64,000 nt of DNA from Eledone cirrhosa. Taxonomy: Eukaryota. A model generated the notes under the pieces. The model did not search any database and was not told the DNA's origin. It saw only the letters and a list, made by a program, of their open reading frames with translations. Positions within the stretch are counted from its first letter, which is position 1, and each line of letters begins with the position of its first letter. Shown piece after piece: positions 13,289-27,755 of this stretch. Position numbers and translations under genes: made by a program. The DNA lies in contig OZ024756.1 of NCBI GenBank assembly GCA_964016885.1, positions 31,248,001-31,312,000 on the forward strand, given 5' to 3'.

Positions 13289-13324
13289 TCTTTTGATGAA
13301 GGACCTGCGTCCGAAACGTTAAGA
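13289..13324 (+). ncRNA. Minimal hammerhead ribozyme motif (C3->U) in a TA-flanked element (13268-13413)
   Basis: TCTT TTGATGA a GGAC-ctgc-GTCC GAA ACGT T AAGA; downstream part recurs inverted at 23832-23895. Confidence 0.7.
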
Positions 13325-13412
13325 GCCTCTTCCAACTATATCAAGCGTTAACCTAATATATTCCTTCCATATACTGTACCGATGTTGTTGTCATTTCTGT
13401 TTACCTTTTACA

Positions 13413-13447
<35 letters not shown>

Positions 13448-13538
13448 ATAACAAAGAGGGTGTGGTAAGATACCAGGTGGACCATAACGCACCAGAGTAC
13501 TCAATACTTAGGGTGGTATAGTGTGTAATAGGAAACCA
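13448..13538 (-). mobile_element. Family A tail-only copy
   Basis: GTGTGGTAAGATACCAGGTGGACCATAACGCACCAGAGTACTCAATACTTAGGG between (TA)n tracts. Confidence 0.85.
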
Positions 13539-13628
13539 TATATATATGTATATATATGTATATTAAAATGTTATGGTTTGCCTGAAGCACTGTATGTAAT
13601 ATATAATGTTGAAAGAGATAGAAGGCTA

Positions 13629-13700
<72 letters not shown>

Positions 13701-13872
13701 ATATTTGGGGATGGTTATGTTGCCAAGATTGCCAATAGAGAGAAACACACGCACCATATAATTTTCACTTTATCTTTTTGTACGTTATTCAAATAAATAA
13801 CGAACATGTCCATCCTCAAATATAACAATATCGGTTTCAGCAGACGATTTCATATTACGGATCTTGATATAT

Positions 13873-13962
<90 letters not shown>

Positions 13963-13991
13963 TGATAGATAGATAGATAGATTGATTGATT

Positions 13992-14077
<86 letters not shown>

Positions 14078-14081
<4 letters not shown>

Positions 14082-14271
14082 AAAAAGTATGACCCCGACG
14101 GCAAAGCTCAAGCCGTTTCGATGGCTATTTATGGACTCCAGAAATAGCCGTCGAAACGGCTTGAGGTCAGCCGTCGGGGTCATACTTTTTCCTACTTCCC
14201 TCTCTACTACCCTAAGTATTGAGTACTCTGATGCGTTATGGTCCATTTGGTTCCTTACCACAATTCCTTTG

Positions 14272-14273
<2 letters not shown>
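14078..14273 (+). mobile_element. Family A fold-back element
   Basis: Same palindrome plus tail as 4606-4803, flanked by (TA)n. Confidence 0.9.
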
Positions 14274-14327
<54 letters not shown>

Positions 14328-14329
<2 letters not shown>

Positions 14330-14413
14330 AAGTTTGTCCTCATCAGTGGCCTTCCAAACGTCTTTGGCATTTCGTCACGACGGTTGGAAGGCCACTGATG
14401 AGGACAAACTTTT
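14328..14413. repeat. Palindromic TA-flanked element with CTGATGA in both arms
   Basis: 35-bp arms (one mismatch) with a 16-nt spacer; relative at 23458-23558. Confidence 0.8.
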
Positions 14414-14429
14414 GCAGCGCCGCAGCTCC

Positions 14430-14524
<95 letters not shown>

Positions 14525-15121
14525 ACATATATATATATGAAACATATAAATTTACGCACATAAATATCGATGTATATCTAAGATGCGTATCCAGGATGTT
14601 GGCGAAACGACTGGGTACAGTGTGACAAGGGTTAATTAGTTTAATGCAAAATAGGTATAGTAGCATAATTTTATCGATGTTGGTTAGAAATTGGCCTCTT
14701 TCTGCTATAATATTCCGTAGAGAATTGGATAAGCAGTTAACCAAAGAAGCACATTCTATCATTCCATTCCATTATCATATCAATGGCGAATATCTTATCT
14801 AATTTAATTTCCAAAGAAGGAAACATTCTTTGATCTATGCCAGACGATATTTCGTGTTATTTATGTATTTTATCTTCGTTTTATTTTTTTATTCATTTGA
14901 TATTTTGCGATACTGAAGATGGGCATAGAGTTTATTATTCAGTCAGTCTCTCTCTCCCTCTCTCTCCCTCTCACTCTCTCTCTCTCTCCCTCTCACTCTC
15001 TCTCTCTCTCACTCCCTCTCTCTCTAGCTCTCTCTCTCTCTTACTCTATTGTCTATCTGTCTATATCTTCCCATCTTTATTTGTCTATATATATATTTAT
15101 AAATATGTATCTAATAAGTAT

Positions 15122-15205
<84 letters not shown>

Positions 15206-15307
15206 ACATATATATATGTATATTCCTCGTTTTTTTTAATTATATGTACATATATATATATATATATTACATCTATCTATCTATCTATATCTCTCTCTCT
15301 CTATATA

Positions 15308-15402
<95 letters not shown>

Positions 15403-15471
15403 TATTACATCGGTCTATCTATCTGTTTATATATATTTATATATATATATATATGTATATATATATGTATG

Positions 15472-15578
<107 letters not shown>

Positions 15579-15838
15579 CGCATACATATTGATTTACATC
15601 ACCCCACCACCTCACTGTCTCTTATTTATCGTTTGTTATAGTATATACGATGATACGCCATTTGCTTCCTTCCTCACCACCACCCGAACCCCATCAGCCA
15701 TTTTTTTTACCCTTTGTTTTACTTACATTTTTTTTACATTTTTTTTTTATTTCCCAGAGACAGTTTCAGTATGGATTTCCATCATTGCTGAAGATAGGTA
15801 ATAGTTATGGTGGTTGTTGTTTCATGCGGTGATGGATC

Positions 15839-15936
<98 letters not shown>

Positions 15937-16715
15937 ATATATTACATTTTCCATACACACTGCTTGTCTGAGTTTCTCCAACCAATCCAAATGTAGTCTT
16001 AACGTAATTGTTAGTAACTGTTGTTTTGTACGTTTATGTGGGCTGATGTATTTTTTTCCGTTTGTTTTTGGTGGTGGTTTTGTTGCTTTTCTTGATCATT
16101 GTTTTTTTTTTTCTGTTTTGCTGTTATAAACAGATGTGTATTTCTCTTTCTTTCACGTGTTTCTTTCATGCTTTCTTTATCTTTATATTTGCTGTTTTTT
16201 GTTGTTTCGATTGATGATATTGTTGTTGTTGTCGTTCTTATTCATATTCTTGTCTTTCTCCTATTTCTTTATTTTTTTTTTTTTCTACTACATCTATTTA
16301 CTACTTCCCTTCGTTTTCTTCGTTCTTTTCCACTTCTAACTCTTCTTCTTCGCCCGCTTCTTCCTTATTTTTTCTTCTTCAACCTCATATTCTTCTTCTT
16401 CTTCTTCTTCTTCTTCTTCTTCTTCTTCTTCTTCTTCTTCTTCTTCTTCTTCTTCTTCTTCTTCTTCTTCTTCTTCTTCTTCTTCTTCTTCTATTTCTTC
16501 TTCTTCTTCTTCTTCTTCTTCTTCTTCTTCTTCTTCTTCTTCTTCTTCTTCTTCTTCTATTTCTTCTTCTTCTTCTTCTTCTTCTTCTTCTTCTTCTTCT
16601 TCTTCTTCTTCTTCTTCTTCTTCTTCTTCTTCTATTTCTTCTTCTTCTTCAATTATATATATTCATTGCTGCGTTTTGCTTCGTCCGTAATTTCAATATT
16701 TTTCTAAACGATGAG

Positions 16716-16880
16716 GACGGCGGATTGGCAAAATCGTTAAAGCGTTGGATAGGAGGAGTTACGTTCTGAGTTCAAATCTCACCAAGCTCAATTTTGCCTT
16801 TCATCTTTCTGATGTCGATAAAATAGTACTGGGATCGACACAAGTACTGGGGTCGATATAATCGATTTTTCTCTTACTCT
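16716..16880 (+). mobile_element. Diverged S1 SINE
   Basis: GGCGGATTGGCAAAATCGTT...GAGTTCAAATC...TTTGCCTTTCATCTTTCTGATGTCGATAAAA. Confidence 0.75.
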
Positions 16881-17523
16881 AAAAAGGATCACACATATTT
16901 TAAACACAGAGTTGACTTTAACCATATGACTCTGTCCAATTTTTTACACTTCTAATGCCTTATATGCCCGCATTGTTCACCATTTAATAGTCAAACTTGC
17001 GTTGTAGTATCTTTACATAAGATAAACATACTTTTCAAAAGAGGAACATAGTTTTCAAAAGAGCAGCACATATTTCAAACACGGCTTTATTTGGATTCCA
17101 TGTAAAAATAAGCTAAAAAATATTTAAAACGAAAATAAAACATTATAACAAAACAACAGAAAAGAAACAAACAATCGAAGAAACAAAACAAAATACAATT
17201 AAGAAAGGTAAAAGAAACGTCAGGTAAGTAATAACAGTTTATAATTAATAATGCAACAAAAGTAATTATATCTTTTAAAAGACCAACTCATGAAATTATG
17301 CAATGTGTCAAATAGAATTTAACTAAATTTGGCAAATAATAATCGATATGCCTTGTTGTATATACAAGCATGTATATACACACATATATACATACACACA
17401 CACACACACATATATATACATACATTCACACAGATATACACACAATACAGACATACACACTCACAAACACATATATATATAAATGTGTGTGTGTGTGAGT
17501 GTGTGTGATTGTATATACATGTA

Positions 17524-17558
<35 letters not shown>

Positions 17559-17576
17559 GTATATATATATATATAT

Positions 17577-18470
17577 ATTGTTATATTTGGGGAGGGTCAT
17601 ATTTGCGTAATATTGCCAGAATTAATAACAGAACACACTCACTGTTTGGTTGGTTTTCGCTTCTCGCTGTCTTTTATATATATATATCTGCGATCTAACT
17701 TACTCGGTCCTCAATGTTGCCATTGACTGAGCGGCGGTCAAAAATAATACAGATACAATATAGACACAAACACATATATATAGTTTACATAATTTACATA
17801 AATCTTTCGTTGCACATCTGCAACATCGTCAGTGGTGTTATATTCATTGTTCCTCCTGTTGTGTTGTATGTCTACGCCATTTTTTTTTGTTCAGTCTGTC
17901 TATATATTTATTTATTTATTTGCTTGTTTGTTTATCTTATTTTATTTTGTCTTCTTTGCGCATGCGTTTGCGTGTGTGTATAGTGTTATGTGTGATGTGT
18001 GACTAGTGTGTATAGTGTTGTGTCTGCTGGGTGACTAGTGTGTGTTTATGTGCTTGTGTATGTATTTATTTATCTTATTTTATTTAATTTTATTTACTTA
18101 TTTATACTTCTCTTAGGTCAGTGTTGTTTGTTTGGGTGTTGTTGTTGTTCCACTCATTCTTTCTGTTTAGCTTTGGTCTTCTAATTTCTATTTCACTGGC
18201 CTCTCTGATTTGCCTATCTGCTGGGTCATTCCTATGTTTAGATATTATTCTAATTTCTATGTTGTCTATGTTACCGTCGTGTTGTTGTCTGGCATGTTCG
18301 TATAGTACTGAACCGTTGGTCAGTCAATGGTAAATTTGAGGACCGAATATATTAAATTAACCGTTATAAAAGACACAGAAGCGAAAACCAACCAAACAGT
18401 GAGTATGTTCTGTTATTAATTCTAGCAATATTATTACACAAATATGACCCTCCCCAAGTATAACAATATT
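17577..18470. mobile_element. Element bounded by ~170-bp imperfect inverted repeats (PLE-like terminus)
   Basis: 17577-17750 is the reverse complement of ~18300-18470; terminus ATTGTTATATTTGGGGAGGGTC abuts (TA)n. Confidence 0.7.
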
Positions 18471-19041
18471 TGTTTCGACACACGTTTTCATATCAAAAAC
18501 CTCGCAAAACTATATATATATATATATATACACACACATGTATAGAAGGGTATATATACCCCTGTATCATAGATGTACATTCATGTAATATACATATTTG
18601 CAAGCCACAGAGGAAAGTAACAAAATTTCCTTCATAACACACAATGGGGAGGACTTCCGTCGGTACCGACGAAGAGTATTCCAGTTGATGAAACCAATGA
18701 AATAGCCTGAGTAGAAATGTATGAGCATTTGACAGGCATGCGCACATTCATAGCGTAGTTCTCAGGGAGATTCAGCGTGATGTTATCTATAAAATGGTTG
18801 ATCTTTGAATTAGAGAGAGAATTGATTTTTTTGCTAGTTGTGTTGATTTGTCAACGCGAAATTAAGTGTCTTTCTCGAAGACACAACGCATACATGCTTA
18901 CATACATACATACAAACATACATACAAACATATATACATGCATACATACATGCATACATGCATACAAACATACATACTTGCATGAATACATACATGCATA
19001 CACACATGCATACATTCATACATTCATATGTATATATATAT

Positions 19042-19071
19042 CCTGATGAAGGGCTTATGCCCGAAACGTCG
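19042..19071 (+). ncRNA. Minimal hammerhead ribozyme motif
   Basis: CTGATGA a GGGC-ttat-GCCC GAA ACGT C: canonical core with GUC cleavage triplet; helix I 5' strand lost into (TA)n. Confidence 0.75.
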
Positions 19072-19202
19072 TTCCATGCCCCCCCCCCCCCCCACACACA
19101 CACACACACTCAAGAGCGTGAACCTAATAAACTTTTATTTGTACTGCCTCTCTGTTTTTGTTCCCGTCCAAGTTTTCACTATATTATATATATATATATA
19201 TA

Positions 19203-19398
19203 TATAATAAGGAGTTGACGGACCCAGCATATTTATCAATGCCAGTACCGGTTGTATTTCAGCGTACTCAATAGGTAATGTAGGATACATTCCCAGAGCA
19301 TACACATAGTTATTCGCTTCAATACAACACACGTAAAACGGGTGCCTATAATAGTTCCCGGACTCGAGTTCCAGCCGATCGACTTTCGTCAAATCGGA
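19203..19398 (-). mobile_element. Family B PLE-like 3' fragment with degenerate hammerhead
   Basis: Homologous to 50101-50275; minus strand TTGACGA a AGTCG-at-CGGCT GGAA CTCGAGT C cggg. Confidence 0.7.
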
Positions 19399-19454
19399 CC
19401 GAAGAAACAAGGTTTCTATTGGTCTTTCCCATTGCTAATACTATCTATCGGTCG

Positions 19455-19580
19455 CAACTCCAGGTAGAAAGAGCAACGTGCAATAAAGTGTCTTGCTCAA
19501 GGACATAATGCATCGCCCGGTCCAGGAATCGAACTCACAACCTCACGATTGCGAATCCAATTCCCTTACCACTCAGCAAC
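19455..19580 (-). mobile_element. 5' part of tRNA-derived CORE-type SINE
   Basis: Minus strand B box GAGTTCGATTCC followed by TGTCCTTGAGCAAGACACTT (CORE start); related to 48537-48880. Confidence 0.75.
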
Positions 19581-20054
19581 TTGACTATACTTGTATATGT
19601 AGAGAGGGGGGTGGAGATAGAGAAAGAAAGAGAAAGAAAGAAAGAATGGGAAGAATATACGTGAAAAATTTAGACATCTACACGATGGTTGAGGACAAGC
19701 ATGAAAGAATATATATGTGTAAGGCATATGTCAGTGTTATGCGTGTGTATGTGTGTCTATGTTTATACATACACCATATATATATATATGTGTGTGGGTG
19801 TGTGTGTATATGTATATATATATATGTGTATATATATGTGTGTATATATATAATCAAATGCATATATACACACAAATATATACGTATATGTATACACAGA
19901 GTTATAGATATAAATTATCAAATCATATATATACATATACATACGCACATGCACACACATACACATACATACATACATATACACACATACATGTACACAT
20001 ACATTCATACACACACACATACATACATGCATACATACATGTCACGTTATTAAA

Positions 20055-20241
20055 CGGATTGGCAGTATCGGTAGAGGGTCGGACGCCATGTTTTGACGCA
20101 TTGAGTTACGGTCCTTGCCATTCTGAGTTCAAATCTCGCCGAGGTTTACTTTGCCTTTCATCCTTACGGGGTCGATAAAATAAAGTACCAGTAATATACT
20201 GGGTAATTGCTGACCTTGTGCCAAAAGTAGAAACAGTTATT
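20055..20241 (+). mobile_element. S1 SINE
   Basis: Near full-length match to consensus. Confidence 0.9.
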
Positions 20242-20363
20242 AAACCAATCGTAATTGCTAATGTAGATGAAATGTATTTTCACTTTTTGAAGAAGAAAAC
20301 GACTATATATATATATATACGAATTCTAAAGCGACACCAACAAATACAATCTAAATAAATAAG

Positions 20364-20402
<39 letters not shown>

Positions 20403-20861
20403 ACAAATAAATGCATGAATGAATAAATAAATAATTTTTTTAAATAAACAAATAAATATAAAAATTACTCTATAAACTACTTGCCACAAAAAGATATTGA
20501 TTTTTGCACTTAAAAACTCATTTCTAGAGACATTTCTTGTCATTCATAATTGTGGGATTAAATTGAAATCGTAAATAGCCTGAAATGATATATTTAAGTA
20601 CTAAAGTTATTTGTCTAAAATAGATACAATGATAGCGTTCTTATTTCAACGATATTTCAATGGTATTAACAAAACAATGGCGGACTGTGTTATATCGTTC
20701 TGTATTTTCGTCAATTTTACTCTATCGCTAATCTTTTTTTTTTTTTTGTATTCTTGATGTTCTTTTTTTGCCCTCAGTTTCAATTATTAGACTGCGAGCA
20801 TACTGGAGCAACGTCAGTATTAGATCGATCATATCGACCCTATTACTTATTTTTCTATTTT

Positions 20862-21067
<206 letters not shown>

Positions 21068-21255
21068 CTTCCTCCTTAGTAAGAAGATAGGAGAAAAGTA
21101 AATGAGAGTTTATAGGTAAAATCCGTAAGAGCCTTTCAGCAAGTATGGAACTTTTGATATTTATTATTGCTTTTCTTTGTCCTACTGATTCTTCCAATCT
21201 ACACCATCAACATGGTGTAACACAGAACAAAGGAAGGACACACAATAGCAAATTA

Positions 21256-21477
21256 CTCACTAGTGAAGCCACAGAATGTGTGGCGAAAGAGCTTTAAAAA
21301 TAAACAAACAACTATCAGGTTATTAAACCAACCAACCGTAAATTCGGAATAAATTGAGCTCCGGCCGTTTTGACAGCTACATCCGAACTGTGGCCGGAGC
21401 TCAGCCGTTGGGGCCGTAACTCTTTTCCTATTAACCACTCTACTACCCCAAGTATCAAGTACTCTGGTGCGTTATGC
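21256..21477 (+). mobile_element. PLE-like fragment with degenerate HHR (21256-21297) fused to a diverged family A copy (21352-21477)
   Basis: ctca CTAGTGA a GCCACA-gaatg-TGTGGC GAA AGAGCT T; then GAGCTCAGCCGTTGGGG...CCACTCTACTACCCC. Confidence 0.65.
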
Positions 21478-21564
21478 AAACATACGCACACATATATATA
21501 TATATATGTATATATATATATGTATATATATATATATAAATATATGTGTGTGTGTGCGTGTGTT

Positions 21565-21651
<87 letters not shown>

Positions 21652-22675
21652 GTGTGCGTATGTTTGTGAGTGTATATATGTATATATATATATAAATCAT
21701 TACCAGATTTGTGTACGTAGACAATATATTAAAATAGGAAAGTAATCCTACCCCCCCCCCCATCCCTTTCCTTCAAAAGAACTTCAACTATTGTAACAAA
21801 ACCACCAACAATGACTTCAATAACAACCGTACATACATAGGCACGCTTGTACTTGAACATCCAGAGGCTCTCTCTCTCTCTCCCCCTCTCACTCTCTCTC
21901 TCTATATATATATATGTCTGTGTGTATATATATGTATATATATATATGTATATATAAGTATATATATCTGTGTGTGGGTGTATGTGTATGTATGTATCCA
22001 TATTTCCATTGCATAGATATATACAACAAACACAAACACACACACACATACATACATACATACATACATACACCCACACATACATACATACATACATACA
22101 TACATACATACATACATACATACACACATACATGCATACATACATACATGCATACATAAATACACTCACCCACACATACATACATACATACATACATACA
22201 TACATACGTACACCCACACATACATACATACATACATACATACATACATACATACATACATACATACATACATACATACATACATACATACGTACACCCA
22301 CACATACATACATACATACATACATACATACATACATACATACATACATACATACATACATACATACACCCACACATACATACATACATACATACATACA
22401 TACATACATACATACATACATACATACATACATACATACATACACCCACACATACATACATACATACATACATACATACATACATACATACATACATACA
22501 TACATACATACATACATACATACATACGCAATATATATTTCGAGGGGAATTATTCTAATGCAATCGGAGATTTGGTTTTCAGATAAAATGGTTTCGTATC
22601 ATGTTTTCGATATTGGTTACGTTCCGCTACACTGAATATATATATTTTTTCCTCTGTACCCATTCATAATGCAGT

Positions 22676-22743
<68 letters not shown>

Positions 22744-22960
22744 GATATACATCAGACATCCTATGACGTAAATATTACACAAAACATATAACTATATAAT
22801 ATATTGTACATTCCTATATATAAGCGTTCCATGGACCGTGTATTTGCCTGATATAGCATCATGGCTCATACACACAGAGAGAATCACGGGTATATATATA
22901 CATATATACAATACATATATATATACATACATACATATACATATATGTATACATATATAC

Positions 22961-23074
<114 letters not shown>

Positions 23075-23340
23075 ATATATATATATGTGTGTGTGTGTAT
23101 GTATATATATATATGCGTATACAACTATTTATATATGAATCTCCTCTATCAGTCTTATTAGACATTGGTGTGTTCTTATTCAAAAGTGAATACTAATGTA
23201 CGTAATCTTACAAAATACGTACACTCATAATAATATGCGCGTGGATATACTTCTATTTATTAGTCATTTCTAATCTTTCCTATTATTTTATTCCTCTCTT
23301 TCTGGCACTTCACATTCTTTTCTACTCACCTTCTCCCTCT

Positions 23341-23398
<58 letters not shown>

Positions 23399-23419
23399 CG
23401 TACATACAGTCCAGCCTCT

Positions 23420-23459
<40 letters not shown>

Positions 23460-23556
23460 CCCTTAAAGCGATGAAATGCCTGGGACGGTTGGAGGGTCAC
23501 TGATGAAGGACCTACTTTTTCATATGTACCCCATTTGCAACGCGCAGCTCATTATT

Positions 23557-23615
<59 letters not shown>

Positions 23616-23659
23616 GTACACCAGTTTAGCCTCCTGTTACTTCATTTATATATATATAT

Positions 23660-23794
23660 TGGGAAAAGTATGACCCCGACGGCAGAGCTTAAGCCGTTTC
23701 GACGGCTATTTTCCTATTTCCCACTCTACTACCCGAAGTATTGAGTACTCTGGTGCGTTATGGTCCCTCTGGTTCCTTACCACAATTCCTTTGT

Positions 23795-23795
<1 letters not shown>
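23660..23795 (+). mobile_element. Family A copy with internal deletion
   Basis: Left arm GGAAAAGTATGACCCCGACGGC...GGCTATTT joined directly to the tail. Confidence 0.85.
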
Positions 23796-23833
<38 letters not shown>

Positions 23834-23922
23834 AAAAGGTAAACAGAATAACAACACAGTCGGTACAGTATATGGAAGGGATATATTAGATTAGTGTGTG
23901 GGTTTGTGTGTGTGTGTGTATG

Positions 23923-23955
<33 letters not shown>

Positions 23956-24062
23956 TTATGCATAATATCTAGGATCTCGATGAATGTGAGGGGGCAACCA
24001 CTGCCAGAAAAAGGTATTCCATACGTTAGTAGAGTATAGAGATATTCATTTTATTAAAGAAA

Positions 24063-24167
24063 TAACTTCTACAGGACTAAAACTGTTTCATTTGTGAGAA
24101 ATCATTAGGAAAGCCTGACTTTCCTTGAGATTTCTTACGAATGAAACAGTTCTAGTCCTAGAAGTCA
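24063..24167. repeat. Imperfect palindrome, ~45-bp arms
   Basis: AGGACTAAAACTGTTTCATTTGTGAGAAATC..AGGAAAG / CTTTCCT..GATTTCTTACGAATGAAACAGTTCTAGTCCT. Confidence 0.75.
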
Positions 24168-24177
24168 TACTTACACA

Positions 24178-24736
24178 CGCCGAGGTTGACTTTGGCTTTC
24201 ATCATTACGGGGTCGATAAAATAAAGTACCCGTGATGCACTAGGTAATTGCTGGCCTTGTGCCTAAAGTAGAAACAATTATTATACAAAGTTTATTATAT
24301 ATTTTTTTCATTGTTAAATTGGTTTTGCCATTATGCAATTTAATTCGAGGTTATTGTAACCCCCCACCCCCCACCCCACTGCTCGTGTCTTTGTATTGTC
24401 CCCTATATGTCGGCCCTTGTGGGCCTTGGGATTGGCAGTATCGGTAGAGGGTTGGACGCCATGCTTTGACGCATAGAGTTACGGCCCTTGCCATTCTGAG
24501 TTCTAATCCCGCCGAGGTTAACTTTGCCTTTCATCCTTACGCGGTCAATAAAATAAAGCACCAGTAATGTACTGGGGTCGATTTAATCGACTTCCCCCTC
24601 CCCCAAATTACTGGCTTTGTGCCTATATAAGAAATCATTATTATTATCATTATTATTATCATCCTTACGGGGTTGATAAAATAAAGTACCAGTAATATAC
24701 TGGGTAATTGCTGGCCTTGTGCCAAAAGTAGAGATA

Positions 24737-24740
<4 letters not shown>
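24178..24740 (+). mobile_element. S1 SINE cluster (24178-24282, 24428-24640, 24660-24740)
   Basis: Match to S1 consensus. Confidence 0.85.
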
Positions 24741-24767
<27 letters not shown>

Positions 24768-24884
24768 GCGTTGAATTTTACTTTCATTTTGTTTTATATA
24801 TTTTTTTTTTTTTTTTTGCTTCAAGTCTTAATAATTTATTTTAGTTATCTTTTCTTTCATTTGTTTCGCTGTGTCTATTGACTG

Positions 24885-24952
<68 letters not shown>

Positions 24953-25818
24953 CAACAGCAACAATACCATTTAAAGAAATTAAAATAAATAAAACAAAAG
25001 CAATCATTTTTAAAATAGAAAACTACATTCACTTTCTAATTGCATTAAATTAGTTTGAGTTGTATGAAATTTGCGATTCTTTTAGGTTTTATAAAAGAGT
25101 TCTCGATGTTTCTGTTGCTGTCTTTCTTTCTTTTTTTTTTGTTTGTTGTTGTTGTTGCTGTTGTTATTTGTTTATGCAAGTGCTAATGTTTTTTTATTGT
25201 TTTCGTCGTCATCATCGTCGTTGCTGTTGTTGTTGTTCTCTTTCTTCTTCTTCTTCTTCTTCTTCTTCTTCTTCTTCTTCTTCTTCTTCTTCTTCTTCTT
25301 CTTCTTCTTCTTCTTCTTCTTCTTTCTTCTTCTTCTTCTTCTTTTTCATCCTGTTCTTATTTTCCTTTTTTCTTTTTTTTCTTCTTATTATTCGTCTTCT
25401 TTTTCTTCTTCTCCTCCACCTTCTTCTTCTTCTCCTTCTTCTTCTTCTTCTCCGTCTTCACCTTCTTCTTCTTCTTCACATTCTTCTTCTTCTTCTTCTT
25501 CTTCTTCTTCTTTTTCTTCTTCTTCTTCTTCTTCTTCTTCTTCTTCTTCTTCTTCATTTTCTACTTAATATTATTATAATTATTATTATTTGTGCTGTTG
25601 TTGTTGAGTTGTTATCGGCATTGATGTTGTTGGTGTTGTTGTTGTAGTTGTTGTTCTTCTTCTTCTTCTTCTTCTACACTTCATTTTCTACTTAATATTA
25701 TTATAATAATTGTTATTATTATTGCTGGCGTTGTTGTTGCTGTTCCTTTTAAAAACATTATGTTGTTAGTGAGTGTATGTAATTAAGAGCAACGTTTTAA
25801 CATTTTAGATTGCTTCTG

Positions 25819-25850
<32 letters not shown>

Positions 25851-26157
25851 GGTATTAGTAGTATTGTTGTTGTTGGTGGTGGTGGTGGTGGTGGTGGTGG
25901 TGGTGTTGATTATGGTTGTATTGGTAGTTTTGGTGTCGGTGATGGTGATGATGGTGATGATGGTGTTGTTAATCGAGGTGATTGTAGTTGTTGTTGTTGT
26001 TGTGGAGGTGGTGGTGGTGGTGGAGGTATTAGAAGTGTTAGTCTTCGCGTTATTGGTGATAATGTTATTATTGGTTCTATTCGGAGCTATAAACTAAACT
26101 AGAGAAATATTGAAACCAAATATAGTGATCGGTATTCGATTTGCTCATATATATATG

Positions 26158-26219
<62 letters not shown>

Positions 26220-26235
26220 CGTATATGTATAGCTC

Positions 26236-26292
<57 letters not shown>

Positions 26293-26829
26293 TTATTTAT
26301 TTATTTATTTATTTATTTATATTTATTTACCTATATATTCTTTATTCGTTTGTATATTTATATTTATATTTATTTATTTATATTTATTCTTATTCATTCT
26401 GTTTTATCCTGTTTTGTTTGGTTTTTTCTTTTGTTTCAGTCATTAGACTGCGGCCATTGCTATCTAGCAGCCATTTTCTTGAAGTTCTTTCACACAATTT
26501 CACAGAATTCGGTTGGTTATCCTCATTAATGTGTGCTACTAATGCTTCTCATTAATATTATATTTCATTATTATAGATTTTATTTTTATTTTTATCTTTA
26601 AACCACAAACATTATTTAGGTTGAAAGCAAATCATTTTATCGTGAAAACTTTGTCTGTCAACAAGAGGAAAAAATTTATACATGAAAATAAAACATGTAA
26701 AATAAAAAATGAAATCCTCTACAAAACATGAGAGAAATTATTTGTCAACAGAATTGAACTATATTAACTTCAAACTCCAAAACCAGCTTAAACCTGAAAC
26801 TCCAAACTGGATTGAACGAACGAGTGGAG

Positions 26830-27120
26830 GCACGAAGCTTAGTGGTAAGGGTGGTGGATTTATCATCATAATGTCGTGGTTTGCATTCCTGGACTGGGTT
26901 TTGTGTTGTGTTCTTGAGCTAAACACTCTTTGTTTCTTGTTGCTTCATTATACACAGCTGAAAATTAATACCAGCAATAGCTGGGGAGGAGGGCTTAACG
27001 CTGTGATGGACTGGAGTCCTGTCCATGGGAGAGTCTTGTACTCTCAGTTGCTTAACGACACGAAACCGGTGTAAGCACCAGCCTGACGAACTTCCCGGCT
27101 TGAGACAGAGGCAGACATTA
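26830..27120 (+). mobile_element. Old CORE-type tRNA SINE
   Basis: CTTAGTGGTAAGG head, TGTGTTGTGTTCTTGAGCTAAACACTC core, tail CTGTGATGGACTGG...GAAACCGG..TAAGC.CC.GCCTGA typical of invertebrate CORE-SINEs. Confidence 0.6.
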
Positions 27121-27635
27121 GAGTAAGACATATTTAAATAAAGAGTTTTATATTATGTTGTAGAAACAGTGACGGTTCAACGCGGTTTTACCAACAACCA
27201 CAGCAAATATCAAAACAACGATCAAGAATTTACAAACAAACAAACAAAAAAGGAAACCAAAAATAAACAAAAACAACTAACGCAATTACAAAAACCACAG
27301 CAACAATAACGACAACATTAATGTCAATAACCAAAACACCAATGAGAATATCTACAACATCAACGTCCCAGTGAAAGTTTAAAGCGACAAACCAAATTAC
27401 GGACCATCTAACTGAAAAATACGTCTGCCAGAAATGCAACCGAACAAACAATAAACAAATAGACGTAGAGAAAAACAAATGAGCGATGTCTCGTCTGCTT
27501 CATAGATTTGAATCTTCATTGCCAACTGAGTGAGTTTATTTTCCATCTGATACTTATGCTTAAAGATTAGCATTGCAGCATTTTGATATGATTGGCTGCA
27601 TACGTCTTGCAGCTTTCGGATGTATAAATTTCTAA

Positions 27636-27685
<50 letters not shown>

Positions 27686-27755
27686 GTGGGTGGGTGTGTG
27701 TGGGTGTGTGGGTGTGAGGGTGTGTGTGTGTGTGGGGGGGGGGTTATGTATGTAT

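Noticed and set aside
18465-18500. Idea that ATTGTTATA termini mark an HHR cleavage site (TATGA...GAAAC..ATA^TTG)
   Set aside because: Core is non-canonical, and at 2541 the better HHR lies on the opposite strand, making this motif the 3' terminus
24063-24167. Hammerhead within the palindrome
   Set aside because: Core degenerate in both arms and helices I/II not assignable; kept only as an inverted repeat
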